NCBI RefSeq assembly: GCF_009914755.1
Contig: NC_060926.1
From: the human T2T-CHM13v2.0 reference genome, Homo sapiens
Reading direction: 5' to 3' (one strand)
Length of the DNA: 64,000 nt
This document shows positions 26,461-44,155 of this stretch, in pieces. Each line of letters opens with the position of its first letter. The first letter of the stretch is position 1. A model generated the notes under the pieces. It had not been told where the DNA came from, made no database searches, and saw only the letters and a program-made list of their open reading frames with translations. Made by a program: the position numbers and the translations under genes.

Positions 26461-27003
26461 AAATATAATATTGATAGCTAATCATTATCAAAGGTATTTA
26501 CATTTGTATAATTTTTAAAGCTTTATTAGCTTGTAAACTATCAGTCAAGTCGTTTTTAAAAAGTTAGTTTCGGATTTCTTACATTAGTAGTACATATTTT
26601 GGTTTCTCTCTCAATGATTGATAAACTGCATTATTTTATTCATTAATTTGATATTTCTTTCAATTTATTTTAAAAAGTTTTAGCTATCAGTCTATATGAC
26701 TTTAAGAGCTAGCAAATACAAGATTTGGAAGAGACAAATACCTAAACTATATCTATGTATTTAATCACGGGACATTTGCATCATTGTTGGCTTGAATAAC
26801 AACAGGAAATTATGTAGAGTAGAACTTGGAGAAATATATTTAAGTATTCTGTCTTCTGGGGAGCAAAGTCTGTGAAATATCTCAGTCTACCACTGCTCCC
26901 ACTGAATGAGCTGAAAAGCACAGGCAAAAGTCCCCTGGGAACTGGAAGGGTTCAATTGTTTATAGGTATGTTAGGTTATCTGTTGGTCTTTCCAGATGAT
27001 CAG

Positions 27004-27696
<693 letters not shown>

Positions 27697-27829
27697 CACA
27701 GTCTGAGATAGCTAACTGGCTAATCATCTTATGTAGTTGCAGTGTGTCTAGACTGACCCATGTATCTAAAACTGCAACCACTTCTTACTGTATTCACTAC
27801 AACTGACCTTTACTGCGATCATTTCTTAG

Positions 27830-28310
<481 letters not shown>

Positions 28311-29449
28311 CTGTAATTCTTGATAATGCTGTGTCCTTGTTTCTTTTAAGACAGTATTAAAGGCCATAAAAATGGGTCAACACAACTGTAGATTCTGACA
28401 CTTTTCTACTTAGTTCTTGAAACCTCCAACCCCTGTAGGTGTGTGATATGTGATCTTCTCCCACACACATACCCAAAGAGATTGTTTAACCAGCTGCTTC
28501 ACTATCAAATATGGATTGTCCCCACTTGTTAGTGGAAGAGTATTCATATCCACCTAATGACACACAAAAAAGTCATACTTTAAAACCTGTGAGATATAAT
28601 ACCCTGCTTCCAAGTAACAGAATAAGCATTAAGTACTGCAGATGATATCAATGCATCTCAAACTAGTTCTAAGAAAAGAAAATATAGTGCTTATCAAAAA
28701 AGAACCTTAAGAGGGGACATGAATTCAGGGCTGTCTCCTTTTCTTTTGACTTTATGCTTCTTCCTATGTGAAGCTCCTTTTATGAGCTTTACAGATGAGG
28801 TTCCAACATTCAAACAGCTGAGAGGATCCAATGTCATGTCTTCACAGTATAGAGGTTTAGAGATTTTTTTTTCTTTTCCCCCTTTTCCTTATTCCTTAAA
28901 AATCAATATTAGAGAGTATACATCATTGGCACTCTAGTTTAAATGCCCAATTTTTGACAGACACTGTTGAAGAGGGAGAGAAAAACAATAACTGACCTGA
29001 TCTGGGTCATTGTTCCCCTGAAACTTCTAAGTCAGGGCTCTTGGAGTGCCTTACCAGGGTGGCTCAGTATGTAAAAGTGACTCCTCAAAGGGAGAGATGC
29101 TGTAAACTACAACCAAGAGTGACTGAAAAGAGGAAAATTATCTGATTTTCTTGCTGTGATGTAGTATGTCTGCACTGCAAAGATAAGATATGGAAGAAAG
29201 TAACATTTGTCACCTAGCAAATTCTGCATCTTTGACTATAAAAAGGTTTTCACCCTGTACAAGAATGTGACATTTTCATAGAGAAAATTAGCAACAGACT
29301 CAGAATTGATGTTTTCTCTCAAGAAACTTGAGTAACCCATATCAATGAGAAACCCAGGGGTTAATGTTGTATGTCTGCAAATATGGTAATATGATAAGCT
29401 ATACATGGGTAAGGCTTCAAAAAGGTTAAATTCTATGAAAAAAGTGGAA

Positions 29450-30260
29450 AAAAACTGTTATAATTAGAAGGAGGAATGTTGGATCTAAGAACATGTAAAT
29501 TAATACTAGTTTTCAACATAAAAAACAACCAATTATAACATAGTAGCAAGAACTACCACAAAAATATATGGATTCCCCTAACAAAAAATATATGTCTTTT
29601 ATAATTTCAAAACTTTGTTACAGAACATATTATAAAAGAATACCTATACAAATACAGCCATATATCATATTTATAGAGTGATAAAAAAGATCAGTATTGT
29701 AAAGATGCTCTTCTTTCCACATTATAAATAAGTTTAAATCAATACAAATCAAAATATAAAGTTATATATAAAGGTCCAAAATGTGCATAGGAAAATAGGT
29801 GCCTACAATGAGTAAAAAAAAAAAAGTTTAAAAGAACAGACATAAGAGAAGCCAAGGAAAGTTCACCCTAACAGATATTAAGCTATCTGAAGCCACTGCA
29901 ATCAAAATAGCACGGAACTTGCAAAGACAAATAGACCTAATAGAGTCCAGAAATCCGTGTGAATTTATGTAGAGATATCATCATAAATAAAAGTGAAAAT
30001 AATATAATAAATGACTTTGGAAAATTGTCTCAATTTATTAAAAATCATTTTATTATTATCACAAACTCACATCACATATGAAAATAAGCCCCAGATGGAT
30101 TAAATATCTAGACATGAGAAGCAAAACTACAAAGCTAAAGAAGATGAAGCTAAAGAAGATTTTAAGGAATAGGAAAAATTTGTTATACAGGGCCTCAAAA
30201 ACACAAACTCTAAAATAAAATGTGATGAATCAACTACAAAATATAATGATAAATGCATAC
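29450..30260 (+). mobile_element. Ancient L1ME ORF2 remnant
   Basis: gatcagtattgtaaagatg, atagagtccagaaat, ccagatggattaaatatcta motifs. Confidence 0.6.
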
Positions 30261-31028
30261 TCATTTAGCTACTCTAACTTGTTCTAAACAATCTTCATAG
30301 TCAATATAAATTTACCAGTAATTATTAAGCATTATGTTAAAATCTAAAAAGTACTACTGAGAATGCAAAAAAAATCCCTGTTTTCAAGAAGTTGACATGC
30401 ATGTTAAAAATAATTTCGATTCCAATTAGAATATAATACATATCTCAAAATAATTGCAAATCAGTGGTCATTTTTTCCACATTGTATATTTTAAAGAATA
30501 ATATTCTGTATATATGTTAATTTGTCATAATTTCAGAGAAGCATAAAAGATAAATTCAATAATTTTATGTTTTCATTTATGATGCTATCAAGTAAGATTA
30601 CTAATGTATTTTCAAAAAATGCTTTAAAACATCTATTCATTTCAAATTAACCTTAATCTAAATAGGAAAATGTATTAAATGTTGCAATAGACTGTTGGCT
30701 GACAAATCTGTTGCTTTAAACATCATTGATAAAAATGTATAGGCTTTTCCCCACACCATGATTATATTCTACAAAGTTCTACATAAGCCACACACCGTAT
30801 GTGTCACACCAGAGGAAATTCATTTAACATGTTACAAAAGACTATTCTCTTCCCTTTTAATTAAGACTCTAATGCCAACAAATTAAATCACATTAACCAC
30901 TGCATCCTAAGTTAGCCACAGAAATTATTAACATTATGCTTAGATTTAATTTAATATTTTATTATCCCTTTTAACCTAGTAAATGCTAAAAAGCTAACAA
31001 ATTAGAATAAGATTTATAAGATTTATAA

Positions 31029-31316
31029 TTTTTTTGAGATAGTGTCTTGCTCTCTTACCCAGGCTGGAATACAATGATGTGATCACTGCTCGCTGCAGCC
31101 TCGACCTCCTGGGCTCAAGTAATCCTCCCACTTCAGCCACCTAAGTAGCTGGGACTACAGGTGCATGCCACCATGCCCGACTAATTTTTGTATTATGTGT
31201 AGAAATGGGGTTTCTCCATGTTGCCCAGGCTGGACTCGAACTCCTGGGATCAAGCAATCCACTCACCTCAGCCTCCCAAAATGCTAGGATTACAGGCGTG
31301 AGCCACCATACCAGGC
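31029..31316 (-). mobile_element. AluJ
   Basis: gcagcctcgacctcctgggctcaag, tgttgcccaggctgg. Confidence 0.92.
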
Positions 31317-32029
31317 AAGACATAATAAAGATATATGTTTTATATTCAAAATATTAGATGTTTTGAATACACACTTTAACTTATTTGGAAATAACCTAAA
31401 AGTGATGTCAAGATCTAACGAGGTAATATTGTGGCCTCCATTCTATGTTTTATTCAAATGCAAACTGGTACTGATTTCTAAGTGACCAAAAGGTTCTAAA
31501 AACACCCTACATAATGTATCACATCCAGTAAATGTTTAATAAATATCTACTTATTTTTCTGTTGTCTTTTCTCCTAAGGCAAAGACAATATATACTCATA
31601 TATATATATGAGTATATATATGTGTTGTGTTTTCTATTTTCTCATATTATTTAATATTTTATACATCTGTTTGCTTTACTGTAATTCATATGTATGTGTT
31701 CTGCCACAAAAGATATTCCCTTCAGCACAAAGACAAAATATGGAAATATGAATGTTATTGTTCCTGCTTTCTAAAGCTTATAAAACCAAAATAGCAGACC
31801 ACCACTCCAATACCTTGTTCTACTACATGCCTCAATAGGCATCCAGTCTATCAATCAATCAATCCAGCTAGCTATCATCTACTTACCTATTTATCTATCT
31901 GTACACACATAATTTATGAAGTTCTTCTTCTTAATTTATTTACATATTCCTCTTTCATTCACTCTCCAACTGTTTTCAACTACTTTCCTACTCTTTGTTT
32001 TCTTTTAAAACCTTTAATATCTTTTTCTT

Positions 32030-32770
32030 CTTACTCGCTCTCTGCTTATGACCTTGGTTCCTATTTCATTGATTAAAACGCACACACACACGCACCACCA
32101 CCACCACCTGGTCTACTAATCGACTCAGATTTGTTCCTATATAATCTGCCTTTCCTCCTTTTACTACGATTAACCTACTTTGGGTCTTATCTAAGGCCAA
32201 ACACTCCACATGTGCCCTGTATCTAAGGTTATTATACATTCTCAATTTTTCAAGTATAGTCCTGATTTACAGAAGTATTTTGTGTGTATTTATGATAAAA
32301 ATCTTTCACTAATGTGATTATATATATGAAGTTCAATAAAAGAAAATTTCATTGTTAATGTTTCTTTTCAGGCTATTATCAGTATTTGGGTTTTATTTTC
32401 ATGGTAATAACTAAAAATGATTTTGTTGTATACAGGAGGGAAATGTCAAGAAATAATCTGCTCTTGGTGTCAAATCCATTAGATACGCCAGTATCTCCTT
32501 GTAGAAAAGTCCAGCAATCAATATCCTCTTTTCCATCTATCAGCATGTTTGGACATAGTTGATGTCTTCCTCCTCCTTGCACATTCTTTCCCTCAGAACA
32601 TCAGTCCCTTAGTATTCTTCCCCATCACCAACCACTGCTGTTTAGTCCATTTTTCTGATGCCTTTTCATCAATCTGATGCCTAACTGCTAAAATGTTTAT
32701 CTCAGATCTTATCTCTTTTATGTTAATATTTACTCCCAAAGTTATCTCAGGCAGAATCATAACCCTTATT
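32030..32770 (+). mobile_element. L2 ORF2 fragments
   Basis: atgaccttggttcctatttcattga; tatctaaggccaaacactccacatgtgccctg. Confidence 0.5.
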
Positions 32771-32799
32771 AAGGTATAACTTTTAAAATGTTAAATTTA

Positions 32800-33050
32800 T
32801 CACTCTGAATCATTATTAAAATAGACAAACTCCTAGTCAGACTGATCAAGGAAAAAAGGGACCAGACACAAATAGCAATGTTATCAATACAAACAACAGT
32901 TGAGAGAATCTTACTACAGATACTTATAGAAATTAAAGGATGATAGTTAAATATTATGAAGAAATGATTCCAGTAAATTTTATAATGTAAATGAAATGGA
33001 CAGATTACTTGAAATATACAACCTATCAAAAGTCTGGGAAAGAATGCAAT
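32800..33050 (+). mobile_element. L1M ORF2 fragment
   Basis: aaaatagacaaactcctagtcagactgatcaag...gaaatggacagattacttgaaa. Confidence 0.75.
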
Positions 33051-33254
33051 AATTTGTGCTTGCCTCAAGCAGCTCCTCTCGTATTCCAGCGCCAACCACT
33101 GAGCAAGGCTCCCTATTCTTTCTTATGAGCCCCCAGTGACAACACTGAAAAGAATTTGCCAAGTGATTATGAACTTTTCCTATGTCTGGAGCCCCAAGTC
33201 AGACTGAAATACTAACCCACACATAACATTTAAGAATCTGTTAAAATTATAATT

Positions 33255-34392
<1,138 letters not shown>

Positions 34393-34456
34393 AAAGAATT
34401 TTTCTCACCTGTTTTTATGACAGCCCAGTCTTTTTCACATGTTCTAACAAAGTTGA

Positions 34457-34823
<367 letters not shown>

Positions 34824-34858
34824 TAGGATGACAATGATGTTCTCTCACAGTTTTCTGT

Positions 34859-35436
34859 TATTGCAGCTCAGAAACTGATACCCAAAAATAGGGTGTTTTG
34901 ACATATGGAACTACAGAAGCCTCAAGGTCCTTCTGAAGTTCTCACCCTAGTCTTTCCCAAAGCACAGAATAAAGTTGCTCTCTGAAGTTCTTTTATCTGC
35001 CTGAAATACAGACTCACCAAGAAAAACAATTATTTTTTTCTTCCCCTTTCTGTTATCTCATTATCTTTTGCAGAAAAGAAGACCAAGAATGTAACTACAC
35101 CTTAACAGATCCTTTCTCAAGATAAGCCTGTCTCTCATATTCATTCAAATTCCCAAAGAATTATTTACCAATTAATCTCTGCTTCCCAATTCATTCATTC
35201 TTCCTAGTAATCACTTATTGCCCCCCAAAAGAATTCCTCTTCTTCCCCTTTCCATAACCTGTTAGCCAGGATGGTATATAAGCTTCTGAACTCCTTTGTG
35301 GAGGTAAGTAATCATTCTGTGATTCTTCCCCTGTAAACACATTAAATAAATTAACATGCCTTTTCTCCTATTAATCAATCTGCCTCACACCAGTAATTTT
35401 CAAACCTCCAGGGAACCAAGGGCCTTGGTTCCTACG
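34859..35436 (+). mobile_element. MER39-type ERV1 solo LTR
   Basis: gctcagaaactgatacccaaaaata...gaagcctcaaggtc; gtatataagc TATA; aataaa; 4-bp TSD ctgt / ctat. Confidence 0.85.
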
Positions 35437-35767
35437 CTATATTTAAGCACAAGTCAAAATCCTTCCAGAGTCTTTTTAAAATTATATAAATTTTATAAAT
35501 GCTTGAATTGCTTAACATTTACATTTGCTCTTGTTTTAAAATTTGATTCTTTTTTCTTAAAGAATTTTCAAATAGAAATAGAAATACAGATTTGGTAGTC
35601 TCAAGTCGTTTCACTCTCTTGCATAAAACTTTTCAAAATACAAACTTCTCAACATATGTGTTGTCCCTGCACTGCCTATTGCTCTGTTGTTTCCCTCAAG
35701 ACTCAGTAGATGCTGTTTCCTATACCTAAGTTCCTCCCTTGCATTCACACCAGCTAATTTTTTAATT

Positions 35768-36705
35768 GTTTTTTTTTCCTTTTCAAGTTTAATTTTAGAT
35801 TGCAGAGGTACATGTGCAGGATTGTTTCAGAGGTATATTGCATGATGCTAAGTTTTGCAGTACAATCAAACCCATCACCCAGGAAGTGAGCATAGTACCC
35901 AATAGGTAGTTTTTCAACCCTTCATCCCCTCCCTCGTGCCCACTTCTTATATTCCCCAGCATCCATGTTCCACATGTTCATATGTACTCAGTGTTAAGCT
36001 CCCACTTGTAAGTAAAAACATGCCATATCCGATTTTCTGTTTCTGTGTTAGTTCACTTAGCATAATGACCTCCAGCTGCACCCATGTTGCTGCAAAGGAC
36101 ATGATTTTATTCTTTTTTATGGTTGCATAGTATTCCATGGTGTATATGTACCACATTTTCTTTACCCAGTCCACCACTGGTGGACACCTGGGTTGATTCT
36201 GTGCCTTCGCTATTGTGAATAGTACTGAAATCAACACATGGGTACCTGTGTATTTTTGGTAAAATGATTTATTTTCCTCTTGGTATACACCCAGTAATGG
36301 GATTGCTGGGTTAAATAGTAGTTAAACTCTTAGTTCTTTGAGAACTCCAAACTGCTCTCCATGGTGGCAGAACTAATTTACCTTCTTACCAACAGTGTAG
36401 AAGCATTCTATTTTCTCTGCAGCTCTGCCAACATCTGTTATTTTTGACTTTCTAACTACAGCCATTCTGACTCATATGAGATGGTATCTCATTGCAGTTT
36501 TGATCTGCATTTCTCTGAGGATTAGTGATGATGAGCGTTTTTTTCATATGTTTGTTGACTACTTGTATTTCTTCTTGTGAGAAGTATCTATTCATGTCCT
36601 TTGCCCACTTTTTAAGAGGGTCATTTGTTTTTTGTTGTTGATTTGTTTAAGTTTCTTATAGATTCTGGATATTAGGTCTTTGATAGATGCACAGTTTGCA
36701 AGTAT
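35768..36705 (-). mobile_element. L1PA13-16-like 3' end, 5'-truncated
   Basis: ggtacatgtgcagg...cccatcacccagg...gtgagcatagtacccaataggtagtttttcaacc 3'UTR. Confidence 0.9.
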
Positions 36706-36864
36706 ACCTCAGATTAATTCTAATTATTTTAGGGTGCTTTCTCTGGCTATACTATCAAAATGATCACCCCACTCCCACTTTTGCTACTCATTCACCAAAC
36801 ATCTCCACTCTTCCATAAAAGCACCTATATAATTTTCTACTCCCTGGAATTTCTTTTATTGTCT

Positions 36865-38754
36865 ACAGAAAGTCTACTGGTGATAGATTTATTTAAGAAA
36901 GTCTTTATTTTACCTTTCCTTCTGAACAATAATTTCACTGGACATGGAATCCTAGATAGGCATAATATTTTCTTTCAACACTTTATTTCACTTTCTTCAT
37001 GTTTGCATGGTTTCTGATGAGAAATCTGTAATTCTTATCCTTATTCATCTGTACATAAGATCTCTTTTAAAAATTTTCAATTTTTAATTTTTGTGGATAC
37101 ATAATATTCATATATATATATTTATGGGGTATATGGGGTATTTTGATATAGGCATAAAATGTATAATAATCACATCAGGGTAAATGAGGTATCTATTACC
37201 TCAAGCATTTATCCTTTGTGTTACAAACAGTACCCTCTGACTTCTTTGAAAAGTTTGTCTTGTGTTTTCTGTATTATGAATATGCTATACCTAGGTGTAG
37301 AATTTCTGGTATTTATTCTGCTTAATTTATTCTGAGCTTCATGGAACTGTGCTTTGGTGTCTGTCATAAATTTTGGGAAATTCTCAGCCATTATTATTTC
37401 AAAATTTCTTCTATATTGTCTCATTCTCCTTTTTATATGTTATACCTTTTGTCATTTTCCACAGTTCTAAGACATTCTGGCTTGTGTTCGTTTTCATTCT
37501 TTTTTTTCTCTTTACTTTTCAGTTTGGGAAGTTTCTGTTGACCTATTCTCAAGCTCACTGACTCTTTCCTCATTCATGGTTAGTCTAATAATGAGTCCAT
37601 TAAAGGCATTTTTAAATTTCTGCTACACTGTTTTTGAGTTCCAGCATTTTCTCTTTCTTTTCTTACAGTTTTCACTTCTCCACATAAAATAATAATTGTT
37701 CTTCAATGTTTTCTACTTTTCCCATTTGAGCCTTTAACATATTAATTATAGTTATTTTAAAGTCCATGTCTACTAATTCCAACATCCGTGTCATAGCTAA
37801 ACTCAGTTCTTATATTTGCTTTATATTTTCAGATTACATTTTTTCTTGCCTTTAATATGCCTTGTAAATTTTTTGTTGAAGTCAGTCATGATATATTTGA
37901 GCAATATGAAGTATAGTAACTAAATGTTTAGTATGAGGTTTCCTGTTAATCTGGGACTTTGGCTTTGTTTAATGTGTTTGCTGTGATTACAATTTCAACT
38001 TCCTCTACTGTCCTCGTTTTTGTTTTCTTCCTTGGCTTTGGGCTTCCGTACATGTTCCTCTATCTTTCAGCTTTTTCAGCTGAAAGCCAATGTTGTAATA
38101 CTGGAGCTCCGTTGGTGTGGTAGCAAGGTACGTGAGAGGAGATGTATTGTATAACTTATAAATCACTTTTGGTTTTTTAGTGGGTCCTTGAATCTAGTCT
38201 GTGATGCCCCCTCAAATGTTTGTTACTTCCTCCACTTTTTGGCAATGGGAAGGCTAGAAGGGGCTGAGTGGGAGAAATACGCTGTGAGATACCACTCTGG
38301 TAAGATCCTCTCCCCTGGAGAGTAGGTATTTGCTCCTCTCCCCTGGAGAATGCTCCAGGCACATTTCTCAATTGTTAATCTTCCCCAACCTCTATAAGAG
38401 TTAAGATGAGATCTTTCCTGGCTCTTCAGTGTAAAAACCTAGTGCAGTAGGAGAAGCCACACAAAAGTGTGGGCCACCTTGGAGACTATAGCTTCCAGGA
38501 GCTTCTCATTCTCACAGTAATCCACATTAAGCGTCAAGAAGTTTGTCAAAATTACTTAAGTGTTCCTACCAGTTTATGGCTCCAGCAGCTTCTCCCCCAG
38601 GTAAGGAGATCTCAGCTGTGACTCACTAGATTTGTGCATGTCTCCAGATTATGGGGTGGCAGTTTGCCATGAAATTTCAGTTCTCTCATAGGCCTTAGAA
38701 AAGCATTGGTATTCTGTTTGTTTAGCTTGTTTCTTGTTATAAGGATAAAAGTGA
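36865..38754 (-). mobile_element. Old L1M (MC/MD-like) ORF1 and 5'UTR
   Basis: The minus-strand ORF 37221-37424 contains FEIIMAENFPKFMTD (ORF1-like); 5'UTR-like sequence follows. Confidence 0.7.
37075..37229 (-). mobile_element. L1MA1/2 3' terminal fragment
   Basis: ttttgatataggcat...aataatcacatcagggtaaatg...tcaagcatttatcctttgtgttacaaaca. Confidence 0.82.
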
Positions 38755-38770
38755 CAACTTCCAAACTTTT

Positions 38771-39290
38771 TATTATTATTTTTATTATTATACTTTAAGT
38801 TTTAGGGTACATGTGCACAATGTGCAGGTTAGTTACATATGTATACATGTGCCATGCTGGTGTGCTGCACCCATTAACTCGTCATTTAGCATTAGGTGTA
38901 TCTCCCAATGCTATCCCTCCCCCCTCCCCCCACCCCACAACAGTCCCCAGAGTGTGATGTTCCCCTTCCTGTGTCCATGTGTTCTCATTGTTCAATTCCA
39001 ACCTATGTGTGAGAACATGCGGTGTTTGGTTTTTTGTCCTTGCGATAGTTTACTGAGAATGATGATTTCCAATTTCATCCATGTCCCTACAAAGGACATG
39101 AACTCATCATTTTTTATGGCTGCATAGCATTCCATGGTGTATATGTGCCACATTTTCTTAATCCAGTCTATCATTGTTGGACATTTGGGTTGGTTCCAAG
39201 TCTTTGCTATTGTGAATAGTGCCGCAATAAACATACGTGTGCACGTGTCTTTATAGCAGCATGATTTATAGTCCTTTGGGTATATACCCA
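38771..39290 (-). mobile_element. Young L1PA2-like 5'-truncated insertion
   Basis: Close to the recalled L1PA2/L1HS 3'UTR (gtccccagagtgtgatgttcc, tttccaatttcatcc); perfect TSD caacttccaaactttt at 38755-38770 and 39289-39304, followed by AA. Confidence 0.95.
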
Positions 39291-40589
39291 ACTTCCAAAC
39301 TTTTAATGTTAGAGCTGAAACCAGAAGTCCTTATTATTTATTTGTACATTTATCATTTTTATATTTTCCCCTCCCCAAAGTATAAATTTCATGACCACAA
39401 ATATTATTTGTCTTCAAATTAAACCTAAGTAGTAGCACAGTTTCTGGAATATGGTAGATAATTAATATTTTTGAATTAATAAAAATTTACTATTGCATTT
39501 TAAAAAAGCATTTCAGGAAGACAGTATATTCTCTATTGTTGTTATAACTTTGTAAAAAAATAAATATTTGGTCAAAATTACATTTATTGATTTAAAAAAA
39601 CCCTAATTTCTTTCACTGCTGCCACAGTGATGATTCTTTTATATGTGTGTGCAGCAAACAATCTTGTAATTGGATATTATAAAGTAAAATGTAAAGCTTT
39701 AGAAAAAGGCATTATCTTATAAGAGTAACAATATTTGAAAATCAGCAATTAATATACAAGGAAATTAAAAATTAAATTGTTAATCTACTCCTTCAAAAAT
39801 CAGAGTAAGCAACTATTATGGAAAAACCCCTCATGTTCTTTAATCATCTCTCATAGGATATTAAATGAAACAATTATAAAGGCTTTATTATAACAAATTA
39901 TAAATGGTTTCAAAATGAACCAAAAAATGAAAGTTACAGGATTTTCCATATAAATCAAGGTCTTTTTATTTCTGAAGTAAATAGCTGGATCCACTCTAAA
40001 TTTTAAACTATGTTTAATTCTACTTCACCGAACAATTATCTACTTTTGAGAGACAGTAAACCTCTATTTGTGGAATAAATTTTAAAGTGTATAATCCTAA
40101 TTTCATACCTGATGTTCACTTCAGCTGACTGATTTACACAGATATTCTAATATCTTGAAGCTAAATTTTCTAAGTACAGTGAAATAAAATTCTACTCATC
40201 ATTGGTGCCTTATGATGAACACTGCACTTCTACACTTTGCTTTCAATGTAAAAAAAAATCAAAAGATATTAAAGTGCTTCCTTTTATGACACAAATACAA
40301 AGAAAAATAAAGTACTATAAACTTCAATTACAAAATCAATTTTAAAAAGAAAACTCCCTTTTAATAAAGTTAAATACACATAACTACCTTGACATTTTTA
40401 AAATATATGGTTGTGATATTTTATAAGTCATCTCCATAAAGCCTATAGCTCTCAACAATCCTTTCATATCTCTGAAGAGTGCTGCAGGCAAGTATGCTCT
40501 GTGGGAGTCAAAAATGCCTTAATAGATATTATAATAGGTTATCTGAATATAATCTCAGTCAGGATGCTGACTCCAGTGTACCATTCTTT

Positions 40590-41035
40590 AGTACTTCAGT
40601 AAGGTACTGCACTAGAGGTATCAACATAACCTGGGAACTTGTTAGAAAGGTAAATGCTCTAGCCCCACTGAGACTTACTGGGTTAAAAATTCTGGTATGT
40701 GTTTTAATAAGCAAGCCCTCTATGCCTGTAATCCCAGCACTTTGGAAGGCCAAGGCGGGCAGACTGCCCAAGCCCAGGTGTTTGAGACCAACCTGGGCAA
40801 CAAGGTAAAACCTCATCTCTACAAAAAATACATGGTGACACACATCTGTAGTCCCAGCTACTTGGGAGGCTGAGGTGGGAGGATCTCTTGAGCCTCATTG
40901 GGGCTGAGGCTGCAGTGAGCTGTGCTCATGCCTCAGCACTTCCAGGCTCGATGACAGAGTGAATAAATAAAATAAAATAAAAATAAGCAAGCCCTCCATG
41001 TGTCTCTGAAAAATGCTATCCTGTGAGAACCACTG
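40590..41035. mobile_element. MER5A-family MITE split by AluJ
   Basis: atcaacataacctgggaacttgttagaaa...tgtgttttaa | aagccctcc...tgagaaccactg. Confidence 0.75.
40721..40981 (+). mobile_element. AluJ, 5'-truncated, with (TAAAA)n tail
   Basis: Perfect 15-bp TSD aataagcaagccctc at 40706-40720 and 40982-40996. Confidence 0.92.
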
Positions 41036-41087
41036 CTCTAGACATCTGGCTTGCCCCATTAGCTGATTATCTCAACTAAAAGGATGA

Positions 41088-41385
41088 GAATCCTCCAACT
41101 TCAAAGCCAGCAACAGCAGGCCCCATCTTCTCATGCTTTAAGTCTGCCCCATACTCTCTCTCCCTGTTCTGTCTCTAGACACACCCTGGAAAGATTTTTC
41201 ACTTTGGAGGACTCATGTTATCAGATGAGGCCTACCTAGATAGTCCAGAATAATCTCCCCATCTCAAGATATTTAACCTTAAGCATATCTACAAGATGTC
41301 TTTTGTCATGTGAGGTAACATATTCACAGGTTCTAGGGGTTAGAAGGTGAACATCTTTGGGCACAGAGGGCATTATTCTGCCTAA
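41088..41385 (-). mobile_element. MLT1C/D LTR fragment
   Basis: cttcaaagccagcaa...ataatctccccatctcaagat...ggtaacatattcacaggttctagggg...cattattctgccta. Confidence 0.82.
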
Positions 41386-41414
41386 TTAGGACTCTGAACC
41401 CTATAACCCAAGAA

Positions 41415-43290
<1,876 letters not shown>

Positions 43291-44029
43291 GTAGGATGCA
43301 GGACGAAATAAAGTCATATGCCTAGGGAGAAAATCATATTAAATACTTGAAATTTATTTTCATTATTTATTTAACATTTAAAGAGAAATGTCGTATCTTT
43401 AGATTTACACTCTCTGTCTTCTGACATATCCTGATTAGAAAAAGTATTAAAAAATGAAATGAAACAAAACACTATAAATGCTCAGAAACCATAAGCACTT
43501 TGTGTCCACTTAAAGGTAAATAAGAAAATTAGTTAGGAACCATAAGTTTGACATCCACCTATAACTGAGTCACATGAAGAAAGTAAGATGGCAACCAGGA
43601 AATAAACTCTTTAGAGGAATAATCATATGTAGTCCAGGAGCAAAAATTATGATGATATTCAAGTGAAAAAAACAGGCTCAGAAGTTGCCTTTTGGCTCAC
43701 AAATTTGTCTGTAGCGCTATGTCCCCAGTACTTAACATGGACTGTACTGTTTTATACTGGTAACAGATGGGGTTAATGAGGAGACCAAGTGCATGCCATC
43801 TCCTTCTTGACATAGTTAAGGATTCAGAAACATTGAAGCAGAGTTAAAAGCAACATACGTTGAGACCAATGGGACCTTTTTGGCCCTAATTCCCGACAGA
43901 TGTGAAGCTGCTGGCAATGCTGTTCAAACATAAATGGGTCCAGCCAGATTTGAAAAGTTGGTAATTCATATCCCTAAGAAAGATTTCTTTCCCTCTGCAA
44001 TACCACACTTGAATTTCAATCAATTAAAT

Positions 44030-44155
44030 TGTGTTTCAATCATTCATTATAAAATCAATAACATTTTTAAGCATCTACCAACACTAGGCTGGGTACAAAC
44101 AGTGATGATCAAAATAGATGTGTCTCCTGCCCTCATGACCCTTATATTTTGATGT
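44030..44155 (-). mobile_element. L2 3' end fragment
   Basis: catttttaagcatctac...ctaggctggg...cctgccctcatga. Confidence 0.65.

Noticed and set aside
30132-30160. Short tandem duplication aagctaaagaagat x2 (also similar ones at ~3361, ~9072 and ~31007)
   Set aside because: Ordinary slippage duplications.
39840-40400. AATAAA-rich segment resembling a 3'UTR
   Set aside because: Poly(A) signals are frequent by chance at this AT content, and no upstream coding exon was found.
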